Assembly (NCBI GenBank): GCA_964202605.1
Contig: CAXNJN010000007.1
Coordinates: forward strand, 543 to 64,542
DNA length: 64,000 nucleotides
Direction of reading: 5' to 3'
Origin: Bacteroidia bacterium
GTDB lineage: Bacteria; Bacteroidota; Bacteroidia; Cytophagales; Cyclobacteriaceae
Shown here: positions 1-10,042 of the stretch, piece by piece
Position numbering within the stretch: position 1 is the first letter of the stretch
Layout of the letters: each line of letters starts with the position of its first letter
Notes under the pieces: model-generated
Database searches by the model: none
What the model was told of the DNA's origin: nothing
What the model saw: the letters and a program-made list of their open reading frames with translations, nothing else
Translations under genes and position numbers: made by a program

Positions 1-1
1 C

Positions 2-520
2 TATGCGGCAAAAACCTATCGGGGCAACATGAATACTACTATCGTGAAAACGAAGCTTGGGAAAAGCATCGTAATTCAACACGATGTAACCTCCCCAAGA
101 CCTTATTCACGACTACACGTGGTGAGTGGCTCGGAGGGATACGCGCAAAAGTATCCGGAGCAAAAAGTGGCCAAAGGGCATAGCTGGATGAAAGAAGAGG
201 AGATGAAGGCGCTCAAAGAAAAATACACCCCAGAAATTGTCCAAAAGGTGGGCGAACTCGCCAAGCAGATTGGAGGCCATGGAGGCATGGATTTCATGAT
301 GGACTGGAGGCTGATCGATTGCTTGCGTAATGGGCTTCCTCTGGATCAGGATGTATATGATGCTGCTTTGTGGAGCTGCATCACGCCAATGAGCGAGTGG
401 TCTGTAGCCAACCGTTCCAATTCCATCGATATTCCTGACTTTACGGGAGGGCACTGGAAAACCAATGCACCTGTGGAGATTACTTTGAAGGGTGGAGGAA
501 CGACGAAGGTACGGGTTTAA
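2..520 (+). CDS. Gfo/Idh/MocA oxidoreductase / GH109 alpha-N-acetylgalactosaminidase-like, C-terminal part (runs off the left edge)
   Basis: Frame is open from base 2 (YRGNMNTT...). GGHGGMDF, DQDVYDAA and IPDFTGG motifs are typical of the GH109 C-terminus. Confidence 0.8.
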   Translation, partial: YAAKTYRGNMNTTIVKTKLGKSIVIQHDVTSPRPYSRLHVVSGSEGYAQKYPEQKVAKGHSWMKEEEMKALKEKYTPEIVQKVGELAKQIGGHGGMDFMMDWRLIDCLRNGLPLDQDVYDAALWSCITPMSEWSVANRSNSIDIPDFTGGHWKTNAPVEITLKGGGTTKVRV

Positions 521-586
521 AAAAGTAGCAAGTAGCTGGTATCAAGTATCAAGTAGTGATTACTTTTAGAAGCAAGATACAAGAAA

Positions 587-605
587 CCTGCCTGTGGAAG
601 GCAGG
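587..605. repeat. REP-like short palindrome CCTGCCT-N5-AGGCAGG, embedded in heptamer-like repeats (agtagca/agtatca/agattag)
   Basis: cctgcctgtggaaggcagg is seen directly and resembles the CCTGCCT...AGGCAGG palindromes common in Bacteroidota intergenic DNA. Confidence 0.55.
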
Positions 606-635
606 CAAGAGATTAGACTTATTCCTACCAAAACG

Positions 636-667
636 AAAATCCTGCTTATTGAGCAGGATTTTTTTTG
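636..667. terminator. Bidirectional intrinsic terminator
   Basis: aaaatcctgct-tattg-agcaggatt-ttttttt hairpin between convergent genes. Confidence 0.75.
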
Positions 668-722
668 ACTATTTGCTTCTTGGCTCTAATCTCTTTCTTC
701 TTCCTAAAGTATAATTAGAAAA

Positions 723-1352
723 CTACCTATCGGAGGTCTGTCTTCGCTTTCGCATCTCTTCAGCCACTTCCTGGTCGCTCGCTAAGGAACTTTGTTCGAG
801 CTGTTGAACGATGCGTTCGTAGTTTTCATCATCTCGGTTTTGAGAAAGTTTTGCGCTAGCGTGAATCTCCTTGATCTCGATTTCAAAGCCTACTAAGGCA
901 CGAATTTGACCTTCCAAATAGCTTGGCGTCATGGTTTCTACCTGAACCCGATTGGGCCTACCTGTTTCGTACTGATCTACCAAGGACTTCAGGTGGTGCA
1001 AAAGTTCCCCTCCCTCGATTAGCCTTGCTTTTCCATATACATGTACTGCTAGGTAATTCCAGGTCGGGACATTTTCGTGGGTGTACCAAGAAGAGGAGAT
1101 GTATGCATGCGGGCCTTGGAATACCACCAGGACTTCCTCAAGGTTTGCAAGTTGCTTTGCTTGGGGATTGGCTTTGGCAAGGTGCCCATGGAGGATGAAC
1201 TTTCCAACTGATTTCTTTTCCAAAAATAATGGTAGGTGAGTGGCCCAGGGCTTTCCATCCACCTGGGAATAGAGCGTTGCAAAAGCATTTTTTTGAATAA
1301 ATTCCTGAACTTCAGTTTCAGTTTCCCAGGAATTGAGCGGATGGATGTACAT
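723..1352 (-). CDS. paiB: FMN-binding negative transcriptional regulator (PaiB family)
   Basis: ATHLP, GHLAKANPQ, GPHAYIS, VPTWNY and KLSQNR motifs. Confidence 0.9.
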   Translation of the reverse strand: MYIHPLNSWETETEVQEFIQKNAFATLYSQVDGKPWATHLPLFLEKKSVGKFILHGHLAKANPQAKQLANLEEVLVVFQGPHAYISSSWYTHENVPTWNYLAVHVYGKARLIEGGELLHHLKSLVDQYETGRPNRVQVETMTPSYLEGQIRALVGFEIEIKEIHASAKLSQNRDDENYERIVQQLEQSSLASDQEVAEEMRKRRQTSDR

Positions 1353-1465
1353 GAAAATATGGAGTAATGCAGGACATAGTTGCGCAAACTGCGACTTCCC
1401 TGAAAATTAGTAGTAATTTTTACTAAGGCTCCTCAAGGTAAGCAACAAAAAACTAATTTAGTGGA

Positions 1466-3724
1466 ATGAACAGTTCTACGGACCGACTGGAGCTAGCGGC
1501 GAGATTTGTAAATACGACGGGAGCTCCAATTTTTTTGACGGGTAAAGCGGGTACAGGAAAAACAACTTTTCTTCGGGACCTTGCGGAGCATACACACAAG
1601 CGCTATGTAATCTTGGCTCCTACTGGGATTGCAGCGCTCAATGCAAAGGGGGTAACCATTCATTCGCAGTTTCTGTTTCCTTTTGGTTCCTTTTTGCCTA
1701 CGCGTGAGCCAGAAGGAAATTTTACCGATCGGCAAGGTTTTTTTACCCAACAAACCTTGGCACGGAGGCATCCTTTGAACCAGCTTAGAAGGAAGGTGCT
1801 TAAAGCGATTGACCTGCTGGTGATTGATGAAGTCAGCATGCTGCGTGCCGATATTTTGGATGCGATTGATTACCGCATGCGAAGTGTGAAGGGCAACTAT
1901 CAGGTTCCTTTTGGGGGAGTTCAGGTGCTTTTGATTGGGGATTTGTACCAGTTGCCTCCCGTGGTAAAAGACGAAGAATGGACAATTTTGAGCCGATTTT
2001 ACAACTCCATGCACTTTTTTGAAGCCAAAGCTCTGCAGCAATCTGGGATGGTTTACTTGGAGTTGGACAAGATTTTCCGGCAGCAGGACGAAACCTTTAT
2101 TCGCATTCTGAATAACCTGCGGGACAATAAATCTACCCCAGAGGACGTGCGCCGGCTCAACCAACAGTATAAAACCTTGGATGAGATTCAGGAGCTGATG
2201 CCTTGCATCACGCTGACGACACACAATTACAAGGCAGACGAACTGAATTTACGCGAGCTGCGAAGCTTGGCTAGCCCTTCCTTTTTTTACGACGCAGATT
2301 TAGATCGGGAATTTCCTGAAAGTATGTTTCCACTGCCTCCCATCTTGGAGCTCAAGGTGGGTTCTCGTGTGATGTTTATTAAGAATGATTCCTCAGGCAA
2401 TGGTTCCTACTACAATGGAAAATTGGCGACCGTAATTCATTTGGCTCCAGATGAGGTTGAGGTACAATTAGATGACAGTGCCGATAGGTATGTTTTGAGG
2501 AAGGAGTTGTGGGAGAATAAACGCTACCAGCTCCATGCGGAGACCAAAGAGCTAGAAGAAGAAGTCATCGGAACTTTCTCCCAATATCCCATCAAGCTGG
2601 CTTGGGCGGTGACTGTGCATAAAAGTCAAGGGCTTACTTTTGATAAAGCCATTGTGGATGTGGGTCAGGCTTTTGCGCCGGGGCAGGTCTATGTGGCACT
2701 GAGTAGGCTCAGGAGCTTAGAGGGGTTGATTTTGCGCACGCGAATTCAAACCGAGGTGATTTTTTCGGACGCAAAGGTGGTTGGATTTACGCAAGAAAAG
2801 TCCAGTCAGCAGGATTTACCGGAGCTCCTACAGGTACACCAACAACAGTATTTGTTCCAATTGGTGGAGCGAACCTTTGAGTTGGATAGTTTGATCGGGG
2901 CACTGATCCAGTTTCAGAAAGACCAAGATTCCTCCCTTGAGTTTGAGGAGGAGTCGATGCAAGCAGACCTTCCAGCCTTGTACCGACTTCTGGATGTTGA
3001 GCGGGAAAACACCCGAAAATTCCGTCAGCAGTTGCAGTTTTTGATTCAGAATAAAGAAGAGGAGCGCTTACTGGAACGCTTGGAAAAAGGGTCTGCCTAT
3101 TATTTAGAGCTATTGTTGGAGGGAATGAAGATTTTGCTGCGCCATTTGGTAAAAATTGAGCGGCTATCGCGAGTGAAGAGTTACCAGCAATCCATGGAGG
3201 AGTTGGAACTGGAGTTTCTTTCCAAATACACTGCCATCGCGCGAAGCAGTATGCTGATTCAAGTAATTTTTAAAGGCGAAGGAATCGGATCTTTGGATGC
3301 AGTGGATTTGCGAATTCGGCAAGTTCGTCAGCAGCTGGTGTCCCAATTTCGAGCGGCAATGCCTGCCGCTTCGACTACAAAAAATAAGACAGGAAAGAAG
3401 AAGTCTTCCAAACCCAAAGCCGAGAAAGAGAAGAAGGAGGATACTAAGGAACAGACGATACGCCTTTTTTTGGAGGGGAAAACTCTAGAAGAAATAGCAT
3501 CCGATCGAGGACTTACTCCTGGGACCATCCTCAATCACCTGACGCATGGGGTAAAGACTGGAAAAGTCCAAGTAGAGGCGCTGGTTTCCCAGGAAGCGAT
3601 TTGGGAGATTCAAGGGGTAACCGAAAAACCAGGCTCCTTAAAGGCCTATTTTGAACATTTTGCCGGTAAGTACGATTACGACACCTTGAGATTGGTTTTG
3701 AACTCGGAGAAAGGGGTGGTTTGA
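1466..3724 (+). CDS. PIF1/RecD-like SF1 helicase with C-terminal HTH (RecQ-associated type)
   Basis: Walker A GKAGTGKT, DEVSM, GDLYQLPPV, TVHKSQG, YVALSR; C-terminal TLEEIASDRGLTPGTILNHL HTH. Confidence 0.9.
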   Translation: MNSSTDRLELAARFVNTTGAPIFLTGKAGTGKTTFLRDLAEHTHKRYVILAPTGIAALNAKGVTIHSQFLFPFGSFLPTREPEGNFTDRQGFFTQQTLARRHPLNQLRRKVLKAIDLLVIDEVSMLRADILDAIDYRMRSVKGNYQVPFGGVQVLLIGDLYQLPPVVKDEEWTILSRFYNSMHFFEAKALQQSGMVYLELDKIFRQQDETFIRILNNLRDNKSTPEDVRRLNQQYKTLDEIQELMPCITLTTHNYKADELNLRELRSLASPSFFYDADLDREFPESMFPLPPILELKVGSRVMFIKNDSSGNGSYYNGKLATVIHLAPDEVEVQLDDSADRYVLRKELWENKRYQLHAETKELEEEVIGTFSQYPIKLAWAVTVHKSQGLTFDKAIVDVGQAFAPGQVYVALSRLRSLEGLILRTRIQTEVIFSDAKVVGFTQEKSSQQDLPELLQVHQQQYLFQLVERTFELDSLIGALIQFQKDQDSSLEFEEESMQADLPALYRLLDVERENTRKFRQQLQFLIQNKEEERLLERLEKGSAYYLELLLEGMKILLRHLVKIERLSRVKSYQQSMEELELEFLSKYTAIARSSMLIQVIFKGEGIGSLDAVDLRIRQVRQQLVSQFRAAMPAASTTKNKTGKKKSSKPKAEKEKKEDTKEQTIRLFLEGKTLEEIASDRGLTPGTILNHLTHGVKTGKVQVEALVSQEAIWEIQGVTEKPGSLKAYFEHFAGKYDYDTLRLVLNSEKGVV

Positions 3725-3734
3725 TAGAAAATTA

Positions 3735-5255
3735 TCAATACATCTTCTCGGTCAACACACTCATAATCGCGCGAATTCCTTCCTTGTAATTCCCTAAACG
3801 GAGGTTTTCATTGGGGCTGTGCTGGTTGTTGTCTGCATTGACCGTTGGTATGGTCACAGCAGGAATGCCAAGCGCATCCACAAATGGAGAGATTGGGATG
3901 GATCCTCCGGAAATACGAATCTGTACCGGATCCTGTCCAAAAGCACGGTTCATTGCTTTTCGCAACCAGGCTCCAGTGGGAGAGTCCATAGGCGTACGGA
4001 ATGCCTGATAGGAAATAGAAGTACCTACTTTGACGATCTTTGGGTGGAACATTCGTTCGGCATCGGTCGGATCCTTTTCGGTAATGTAGAAACCTTGCTT
4101 GCGGATGTGGGTTTTGATCAAATCAAACAAGCGTACGGGATCGGACTCGGGAACTAGGCGCATGTCGAGTTCGGCTAGGGCTATTGCAGGAATGATCGTG
4201 GTGGCCTGGGCTCCAGTATAGCCGGCAGACAGGCCTTTGATGTTGAGCGAAGGGTAGTTGATGCTCTCTTGGTAGGTTTGACCCACCTGATCTGTGCGTC
4301 CTAGACCCAATCGCTTTTTGACAGCAGGCTCGTTGTCTGGTACGGCAGCAAAGATTTTGCGCTCAGCTTCGGAAAAGGTAATGCCGTCGTAAAAACCAGG
4401 AATGATGACTTTGCCATTTTCGTTTTTCATCGAAGATAGTAACTGAGACATCAGTAGGGCAGGGTTGGGGGCATAGTTGCCATAGTGTCCACTGTGCTGG
4501 GGTAGCTTGGGACCATAGGTGGTCAAGAAAAGTTCAGAGATGCCTCTGGCGCCATAGCTAAGCGTAGGCAGGTTGGACGTATGACGCGGTCCATCCATGA
4601 TTAACATGAGGTCTGCAGCTAGCTTTTCCTTGTATTTGACTACGGCTGCGGGGAGTCTAGGTGAACCTTGTTCTTCTTCAAAGTCTAGGATGATTTTTAT
4701 GGAGTAGTCGGGAGAAATTCCAGCTGCGGTGAGTGCATCCCAAGCGGTAAGTAGCATGGCTAGAGGGCCTTTGTCATCCGAAGTAGAGCGGCCGAAAATT
4801 CGCCAGTCCGCATTGTATTCGCTTTGAAGCTTTTCCATTGGGAGTTGTTCCCAAGTACCGTTTGCCGATTGGGCTTTGAGCACAGGTTGGTAGGCATCTT
4901 TTTGGTCCCATTTGCTGAGATCTACTGCTTGTCCATCTACGTGAAAGTAGAATAGGGCTGTTTTTTTAGCATTCGGTTGTTTCTTCTCTACGAGGAGTAA
5001 TGGGATTCCACCCGTTTCTAAACGCTCTAAAGACCAATTTCTTGCCGTGAATGCCTTTTCGCACCAGGCAATGTTCACTGCGATTTGCTCTGGAAACACC
5101 GCGTCGTTGGGCATGGAAACCAGCTCGTTCAGGAGGCGAATACCTGACTGCCATTGTTTTTCGGTGAGTGAATCCAGTTGCCCTTTATCGAGGGTTTGAG
5201 CGGATAGGCTGATGGCAAAAAAAAGAAATAGGATGGTGAACAAGGAGCTTCGCAT
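3735..5255 (-). CDS. Secreted M20/M25/M40 metallopeptidase
   Basis: Signal peptide; HVDGQ, GRSTSDDKG, EEE and NQHSPNEN motifs. Confidence 0.88.
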   Translation of the reverse strand: MRSSLFTILFLFFAISLSAQTLDKGQLDSLTEKQWQSGIRLLNELVSMPNDAVFPEQIAVNIAWCEKAFTARNWSLERLETGGIPLLLVEKKQPNAKKTALFYFHVDGQAVDLSKWDQKDAYQPVLKAQSANGTWEQLPMEKLQSEYNADWRIFGRSTSDDKGPLAMLLTAWDALTAAGISPDYSIKIILDFEEEQGSPRLPAAVVKYKEKLAADLMLIMDGPRHTSNLPTLSYGARGISELFLTTYGPKLPQHSGHYGNYAPNPALLMSQLLSSMKNENGKVIIPGFYDGITFSEAERKIFAAVPDNEPAVKKRLGLGRTDQVGQTYQESINYPSLNIKGLSAGYTGAQATTIIPAIALAELDMRLVPESDPVRLFDLIKTHIRKQGFYITEKDPTDAERMFHPKIVKVGTSISYQAFRTPMDSPTGAWLRKAMNRAFGQDPVQIRISGGSIPISPFVDALGIPAVTIPTVNADNNQHSPNENLRLGNYKEGIRAIMSVLTEKMY

Positions 5256-5421
5256 GAGGATAGGGTTTTACGAAAAGTAAGAAAAAGGGATGGCTTCAGC
5301 AATTCATCTAAGTAAAAGACCAATTCGAACCCAATCTTTTTGAGTAGGTAATGATTCAGGAGATTTTATTCAAGGGATCCTAGCCATTCGGAAATTGCGG
5401 GCAATGTTGTATTTTCAAGCC

Positions 5422-6228
5422 ATGCAACGACGTCCATTCCTCCAAAAAGTAGGTGCACTCAGTGCGGGATTGATTTCCCTTCCTTTTCTGAGCTACAGTA
5501 CTACCCAACTTCCAAAAGCAACCCGACTCAAGTTTATCACTGCTTCGGATGGACACTGGGGGCAGTCCAACACCAGTTTCACCTTATCGCATCAAAATTT
5601 GGTCGATGCCATCCACCGGGAAAAAGGAGTGGATTTTGTGGTTTTCAATGGGGATTTGATTCACGATACCCCTTCCTTTTTGCCTGAGGTGAAGGCGGTG
5701 TATGATCAAGTTCAATTTCCAACCTTCGCCACGCGTGGCAATCACGATCGGGTGGATGCGGAGACCTTTGCACGGGTGATGGGTCATGCTACCAATCATT
5801 CCTTTGTGGTCAAGGACGATTATGGAGTTGTGCTATTGGACTCTTCTAATCTAGCGGGAGACTACCTCTGCGCGGATTTGAATTACCTGAAAGGGGTATT
5901 GGATTCCTATGAGCAGCTCTCCCATGTATTTGTATTCATCCATATCTCTCAACGTGATTGGGCTAGAAATGGAGTTGCTTGTCAAGAGTTTATGGATTTG
6001 ATTGCTTCTTATAAAAATGTACGTGCCACATTCCATGGACACGACCACGACTTGGATGGGCTGATGGTGTATCGAACCAAGCCGTTTTTATGGGCGGGAC
6101 ACTTTGGTGGATCTTGGGGCAATCCTTTTCCCAGCTACCGAGTGTGCGAAGTAGGGGAGGATGGCAAGGCTGTCACCTACCTAAAGACCATAAAAGAAGG
6201 GATGTTGTTAAATCAACATCCCTTATAA
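5422..6228 (+). CDS. Calcineurin-like metallophosphoesterase with Tat-like signal
   Basis: RRPFL leader; SDGH, NGD, GNHD and GHDH motifs. Start set at ATG 5422. Confidence 0.85.
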   Translation: MQRRPFLQKVGALSAGLISLPFLSYSTTQLPKATRLKFITASDGHWGQSNTSFTLSHQNLVDAIHREKGVDFVVFNGDLIHDTPSFLPEVKAVYDQVQFPTFATRGNHDRVDAETFARVMGHATNHSFVVKDDYGVVLLDSSNLAGDYLCADLNYLKGVLDSYEQLSHVFVFIHISQRDWARNGVACQEFMDLIASYKNVRATFHGHDHDLDGLMVYRTKPFLWAGHFGGSWGNPFPSYRVCEVGEDGKAVTYLKTIKEGMLLNQHPL

Positions 6229-6256
6229 TCTTTGCGGAAGTACTTTTAAATAGGGC

Positions 6257-9200
6257 TTAGCCTAATTTTTCCTCCACCCACTGCCTAGCATTCACAAAGG
6301 CTTCCATCCAAGGGGTAAACTCGTCGTTTCGTTCATTTGGATAATGCGCCCAGTTCCAAGGCTTTAAGCTGCGTTCGATGTGCGGCATGATGGCCAAGTG
6401 TCTACCGTCAGCAGAGGCGATGCCTGCCGTAGCAAAGTCCGAACCATTCGGGTTGCCAGGATAAGCGGTATAGCTGTACATCATTGCAAAATGGTAGGCA
6501 TTTTCTTCGTTAGGGAGTGCAAATTTACCTTCTCCATGGGCTACCCATACGCCGAGGCGCTGTCCGCTGAGGCTACCGAGCATCACTGATTTATTTTCAG
6601 GGACGGTTACATTGACGAAGCTAGATTCAAACTTGTGGCTCGCATTGTGCAACATTTTAGGTTTTTCAGAATGATCAGGGGTAATCAGACCCAATTCGAT
6701 CATCAACTGGCAGCCATTGCAGGCGCCAAAGGAAAGGGTATCTGGACGTGCGTAAAATGCATCCAAGGCTTGTTTGGCTTTAGGGTTGTACAAGAAAGCA
6801 CCCGCCCAACCTTTGGCGGAGCCCAGTACGTCTGAGTTGGAGAAACCACCTACAAATGCAATCATCTGCACGCTGCTCAGGTCTTCCCGTCCGGAAATCA
6901 GGTCGGTCATGTGCACATCCTTCACTTCAAACCCTGCAAGCCAAAGGGAATAGGCCATTTCTCGGTCTCCATTCACCCCTTTTTCACGGATGATGGCGGC
7001 GATGGCTTTTCCTTTTGTGGATCGCTGAGGGTCGAGGCCCAGACGAGCAAATTTTCCCTCCCAGCCTGGAGCGAAGCTGTACTGCAAGGGCTGGTTTTTA
7101 TAGTTCGTAAATCGCTCTAGTGCTAGCTTTTCCCCACTTTGCTTTCGATCCAGCAGGTACGAAGAGCGGTACCAGATATCTCGCCACTCGGCAATGTCGA
7201 GGCTGTGGTTGGTAAGTTGCAGTTTTCCGTTCAAGGTTACTTCACCAAATGAGATGAAGTCAATTCCAGCCTTTCCTAGTAATTCTTCCACCTTTCCTGT
7301 GTTGGCCACTTGAATGAGAATTCCTGGATTTTCAGAGAAGAAGGCTTTGACTAGGTCTTTTTCTGGAAGTTGGGTTTCGTCTACCTGTATGCCCGTCGAT
7401 GAGTTTGGAAAGCACATTTCCAACAAGGCAGTGAGGATGCCTCCCGAAGAAATATCGTGGCCAGCTAGAATTAAGCCCTGAGCGATCAGGTGCTGTACCG
7501 CTTCGAAGGCCTTTGCAAAATAGGCGGCATCGACTACGGTAGGTGGTTCTTGGCCCACCTTATTGAGTACCTGGTAGAGGGAGGAACCGGCAAGTTTGGC
7601 GGCATCCTTGGAGAAGTCTAGGTACAATACCCGGGTACCTTCTTGAGGAATGAGCGCGGTTTTTACTGTCTTTTGAATGTCGGCGCATTTGCCAATCGCC
7701 GAGATAATAACGGTTCCTGGAGAGTACACTACCTTACCGTCAGGATATTTCTGGGTCATGGATAGGGAGTCCTTGCCAGTAGGAATATTGACGCCCAAGG
7801 CGATGGCAAACTCAGAAACTTCCTGTACTGCACGGTAAAGGCGATCGTTTTCGCCTTTGTTTTTTGCAGGCCACATCCAGTTGGCAGAAAGGGAAATTCC
7901 CTTCAATCCATCCGTAATAGGTGCAAAGATCAAGTTGGTCAGCGCTTCGGCAATGGCTAGCCTGCTTCCAGCTTCTGGGTTGGCCAGAGCGGCTACTGGA
8001 GCATGACCGATGGAGGTGGCGATGCCTTTTTGACCCGTAAAGTCAAGAGCCATCACGCCCATATTGTTGAGAGGCAATTGGATTTCGCCGATGGTCTGCT
8101 GGGTGGCTACGCGCCCAGTTACGGAGCGGTCCACCTTGTTGGTCAACCAATCCTTACAAGCCACTGCCTCAAGTTGAAGTACTTCTTTGAGGTAGGTAAG
8201 GAGTAGGCTTTCTTGGTGGGAGGTGTCTGCAAAGGCTGACCCTTTTTCACTTACATCTTCAAGGATTGTTTTTGGCGAAGAGCCAAAAAGGTATCCGAGA
8301 TTCCAGTCCACTGGTTTTTCGCCCGTTTTCTGGTTTTCAAATTTGAAGTGCATGTCTCCGGTCGTTTCGCCCACCACGTAGAATGGAGCACGCTCGCGCT
8401 CGGAGAGTTGTTGCAATAGCGGGATGTCTTTTTTACCTACCACTAGACCCATGCGTTCTTGGGACTCGTTGCCGATGATTTCTTTGGTAGATAGGGTAGG
8501 ATCTCCTACCGGAAGCTGGTCAATGTGAATCGTACCCCCAGTGCTTTCAACCAATTCAGAAAGGCAGTTGAGGTGTCCTCCCGCGCCATGGTCGTGGATG
8601 GAGACGATTGGGTTGTTTTCGCTTTCTGCCATGGCACGAATCACGTTGGAAACCCGCTTTTGCATCTCCGGGTTGGAGCGTTGGATGGCATTGAGTTCGA
8701 TGGCATTGGATAGCTCACCTGTATTCAAGGAAGATACTGCAGACCCACCCATGCCGATGCGGTAGTTGTCGCCACCCATAATCACGATTTGGTCACCTGG
8801 CTTGGGCTCCGCTTTCTTGGTGTACTTGGCGTTGGTAAATCCTACTCCACCAGCAAGCATGATGACTTTGTCAAAACCGTGCTGTTTCTCGTTTTCCTCG
8901 TGTTCGAAGGTAAGCACTGAGCCTGCGATGAGGGGTTGGCCAAATTTATTCCCAAAGTCAGAAGCTCCATTTGAGGCTTTGATGAGGATGTCCATCGGGC
9001 TTTGGTACAGCCAAGGACGATTGGGTAGATTTTTCTCCCAGCTACGGCCTGCTTCTGACCTTGCGTAAGAAGTCATGTATACGGCTGTGCCAGCAAGTGG
9101 AATGGAAGCCGTACCTCCAGCAAGTCGGTCACGGATTTCGCCACCGGCACCGGTAGCTGCACCATTGAAGGGCTCTACAGTAGTGGGGAAGTTGTGCGTT

Positions 9201-9937
9201 TCTGCTTTTAGAGAAAGGACCGTATCGATGTCTCTGGGTTCAAAAAAATCAGGCTGATGCTGCGTTTTAGGAGCAAACTGTTGGATGCGTGGTCCATGTA
9301 CAAAGGCTACGTTGTCTTTGTAGGCGGATGCGATGCGGTTGGGGTGGCGCTTGGCTGTTTCTTTGATTAGCTGAAATAGTGTCATTGGCTTTTCTTCGCC
9401 ATCGATGATGAAGGTGCCGTTGAAGATCTTGTGTCTGCAATGCTCGGAGTTGACCTGTGAAAAGCCAAATACTTCCGAGTCAGTGAGCGGTCGTGCAAGT
9501 TGTGCGGCCACCTGATTGAGGTAGTCGACTTCTTCCTGGCTTAGTGCAAGGCCTTCACTTTTGTTGTAGGTAGCAATGTCTGTAATGGCTTTGACCGGCT
9601 CGGGTTGGAGCTGAATGTCAAAAACCGCCTGGTCCAAGCCCTCGTAAGTTTTTTGGAGCATGGGATCGATTTGCTCACCGGGTTGAAGTGGAATAAATTC
9701 TTCGATTCGCTGAATTCCAAGGATACCCATATTCCCTGTGATTTCTACCGCATTGGTAGACCAGGGGGTGATCATTTCTTTGCGTGGTCCTGAGTAGGTA
9801 CCGCTAATTTTATCCGTTTGGATGGCTTTTGCCTCACCAAAAAGCCAGCTTAACTTTTGTAAGTCTTCTGTGTGCAGGGGTTGAGGTACTTGAACTCCAT
9901 AAATGAGTTTCTGAGGGGATTCAAAGAAGAAAATCAT
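6257..9937 (-). CDS. purL: Phosphoribosylformylglycinamidine synthase (large, glutaminase-fused)
   Basis: NSEHCRH, KAETHNFPT, GEIRD, HDHGAGG, GACNGCQ and MPHIER motifs; 1226 aa. Confidence 0.97.
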   Translation of the reverse strand: MIFFFESPQKLIYGVQVPQPLHTEDLQKLSWLFGEAKAIQTDKISGTYSGPRKEMITPWSTNAVEITGNMGILGIQRIEEFIPLQPGEQIDPMLQKTYEGLDQAVFDIQLQPEPVKAITDIATYNKSEGLALSQEEVDYLNQVAAQLARPLTDSEVFGFSQVNSEHCRHKIFNGTFIIDGEEKPMTLFQLIKETAKRHPNRIASAYKDNVAFVHGPRIQQFAPKTQHQPDFFEPRDIDTVLSLKAETHNFPTTVEPFNGAATGAGGEIRDRLAGGTASIPLAGTAVYMTSYARSEAGRSWEKNLPNRPWLYQSPMDILIKASNGASDFGNKFGQPLIAGSVLTFEHEENEKQHGFDKVIMLAGGVGFTNAKYTKKAEPKPGDQIVIMGGDNYRIGMGGSAVSSLNTGELSNAIELNAIQRSNPEMQKRVSNVIRAMAESENNPIVSIHDHGAGGHLNCLSELVESTGGTIHIDQLPVGDPTLSTKEIIGNESQERMGLVVGKKDIPLLQQLSERERAPFYVVGETTGDMHFKFENQKTGEKPVDWNLGYLFGSSPKTILEDVSEKGSAFADTSHQESLLLTYLKEVLQLEAVACKDWLTNKVDRSVTGRVATQQTIGEIQLPLNNMGVMALDFTGQKGIATSIGHAPVAALANPEAGSRLAIAEALTNLIFAPITDGLKGISLSANWMWPAKNKGENDRLYRAVQEVSEFAIALGVNIPTGKDSLSMTQKYPDGKVVYSPGTVIISAIGKCADIQKTVKTALIPQEGTRVLYLDFSKDAAKLAGSSLYQVLNKVGQEPPTVVDAAYFAKAFEAVQHLIAQGLILAGHDISSGGILTALLEMCFPNSSTGIQVDETQLPEKDLVKAFFSENPGILIQVANTGKVEELLGKAGIDFISFGEVTLNGKLQLTNHSLDIAEWRDIWYRSSYLLDRKQSGEKLALERFTNYKNQPLQYSFAPGWEGKFARLGLDPQRSTKGKAIAAIIREKGVNGDREMAYSLWLAGFEVKDVHMTDLISGREDLSSVQMIAFVGGFSNSDVLGSAKGWAGAFLYNPKAKQALDAFYARPDTLSFGACNGCQLMIELGLITPDHSEKPKMLHNASHKFESSFVNVTVPENKSVMLGSLSGQRLGVWVAHGEGKFALPNEENAYHFAMMYSYTAYPGNPNGSDFATAGIASADGRHLAIMPHIERSLKPWNWAHYPNERNDEFTPWMEAFVNARQWVEEKLG

Positions 9938-9957
9938 GTCCTTGGGCGGGTAAGTTG

Positions 9958-9965
9958 CAAAGGTA
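9958..9965 (-). promoter_or_regulatory. Bacteroidota sigma-A -7 box (TAccTTTG) for purL
   Basis: The reverse complement matches TAnnTTTG about 20 bp upstream of the purL start. Confidence 0.55.
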
Positions 9966-10042
9966 AGAATTTGGCTTTTAGATCGTAAAAAGAAGGGGTA
10001 AGTTTTTGCTTTTTAGGTCGGATTATCCTTCGGTGCTTGGAA

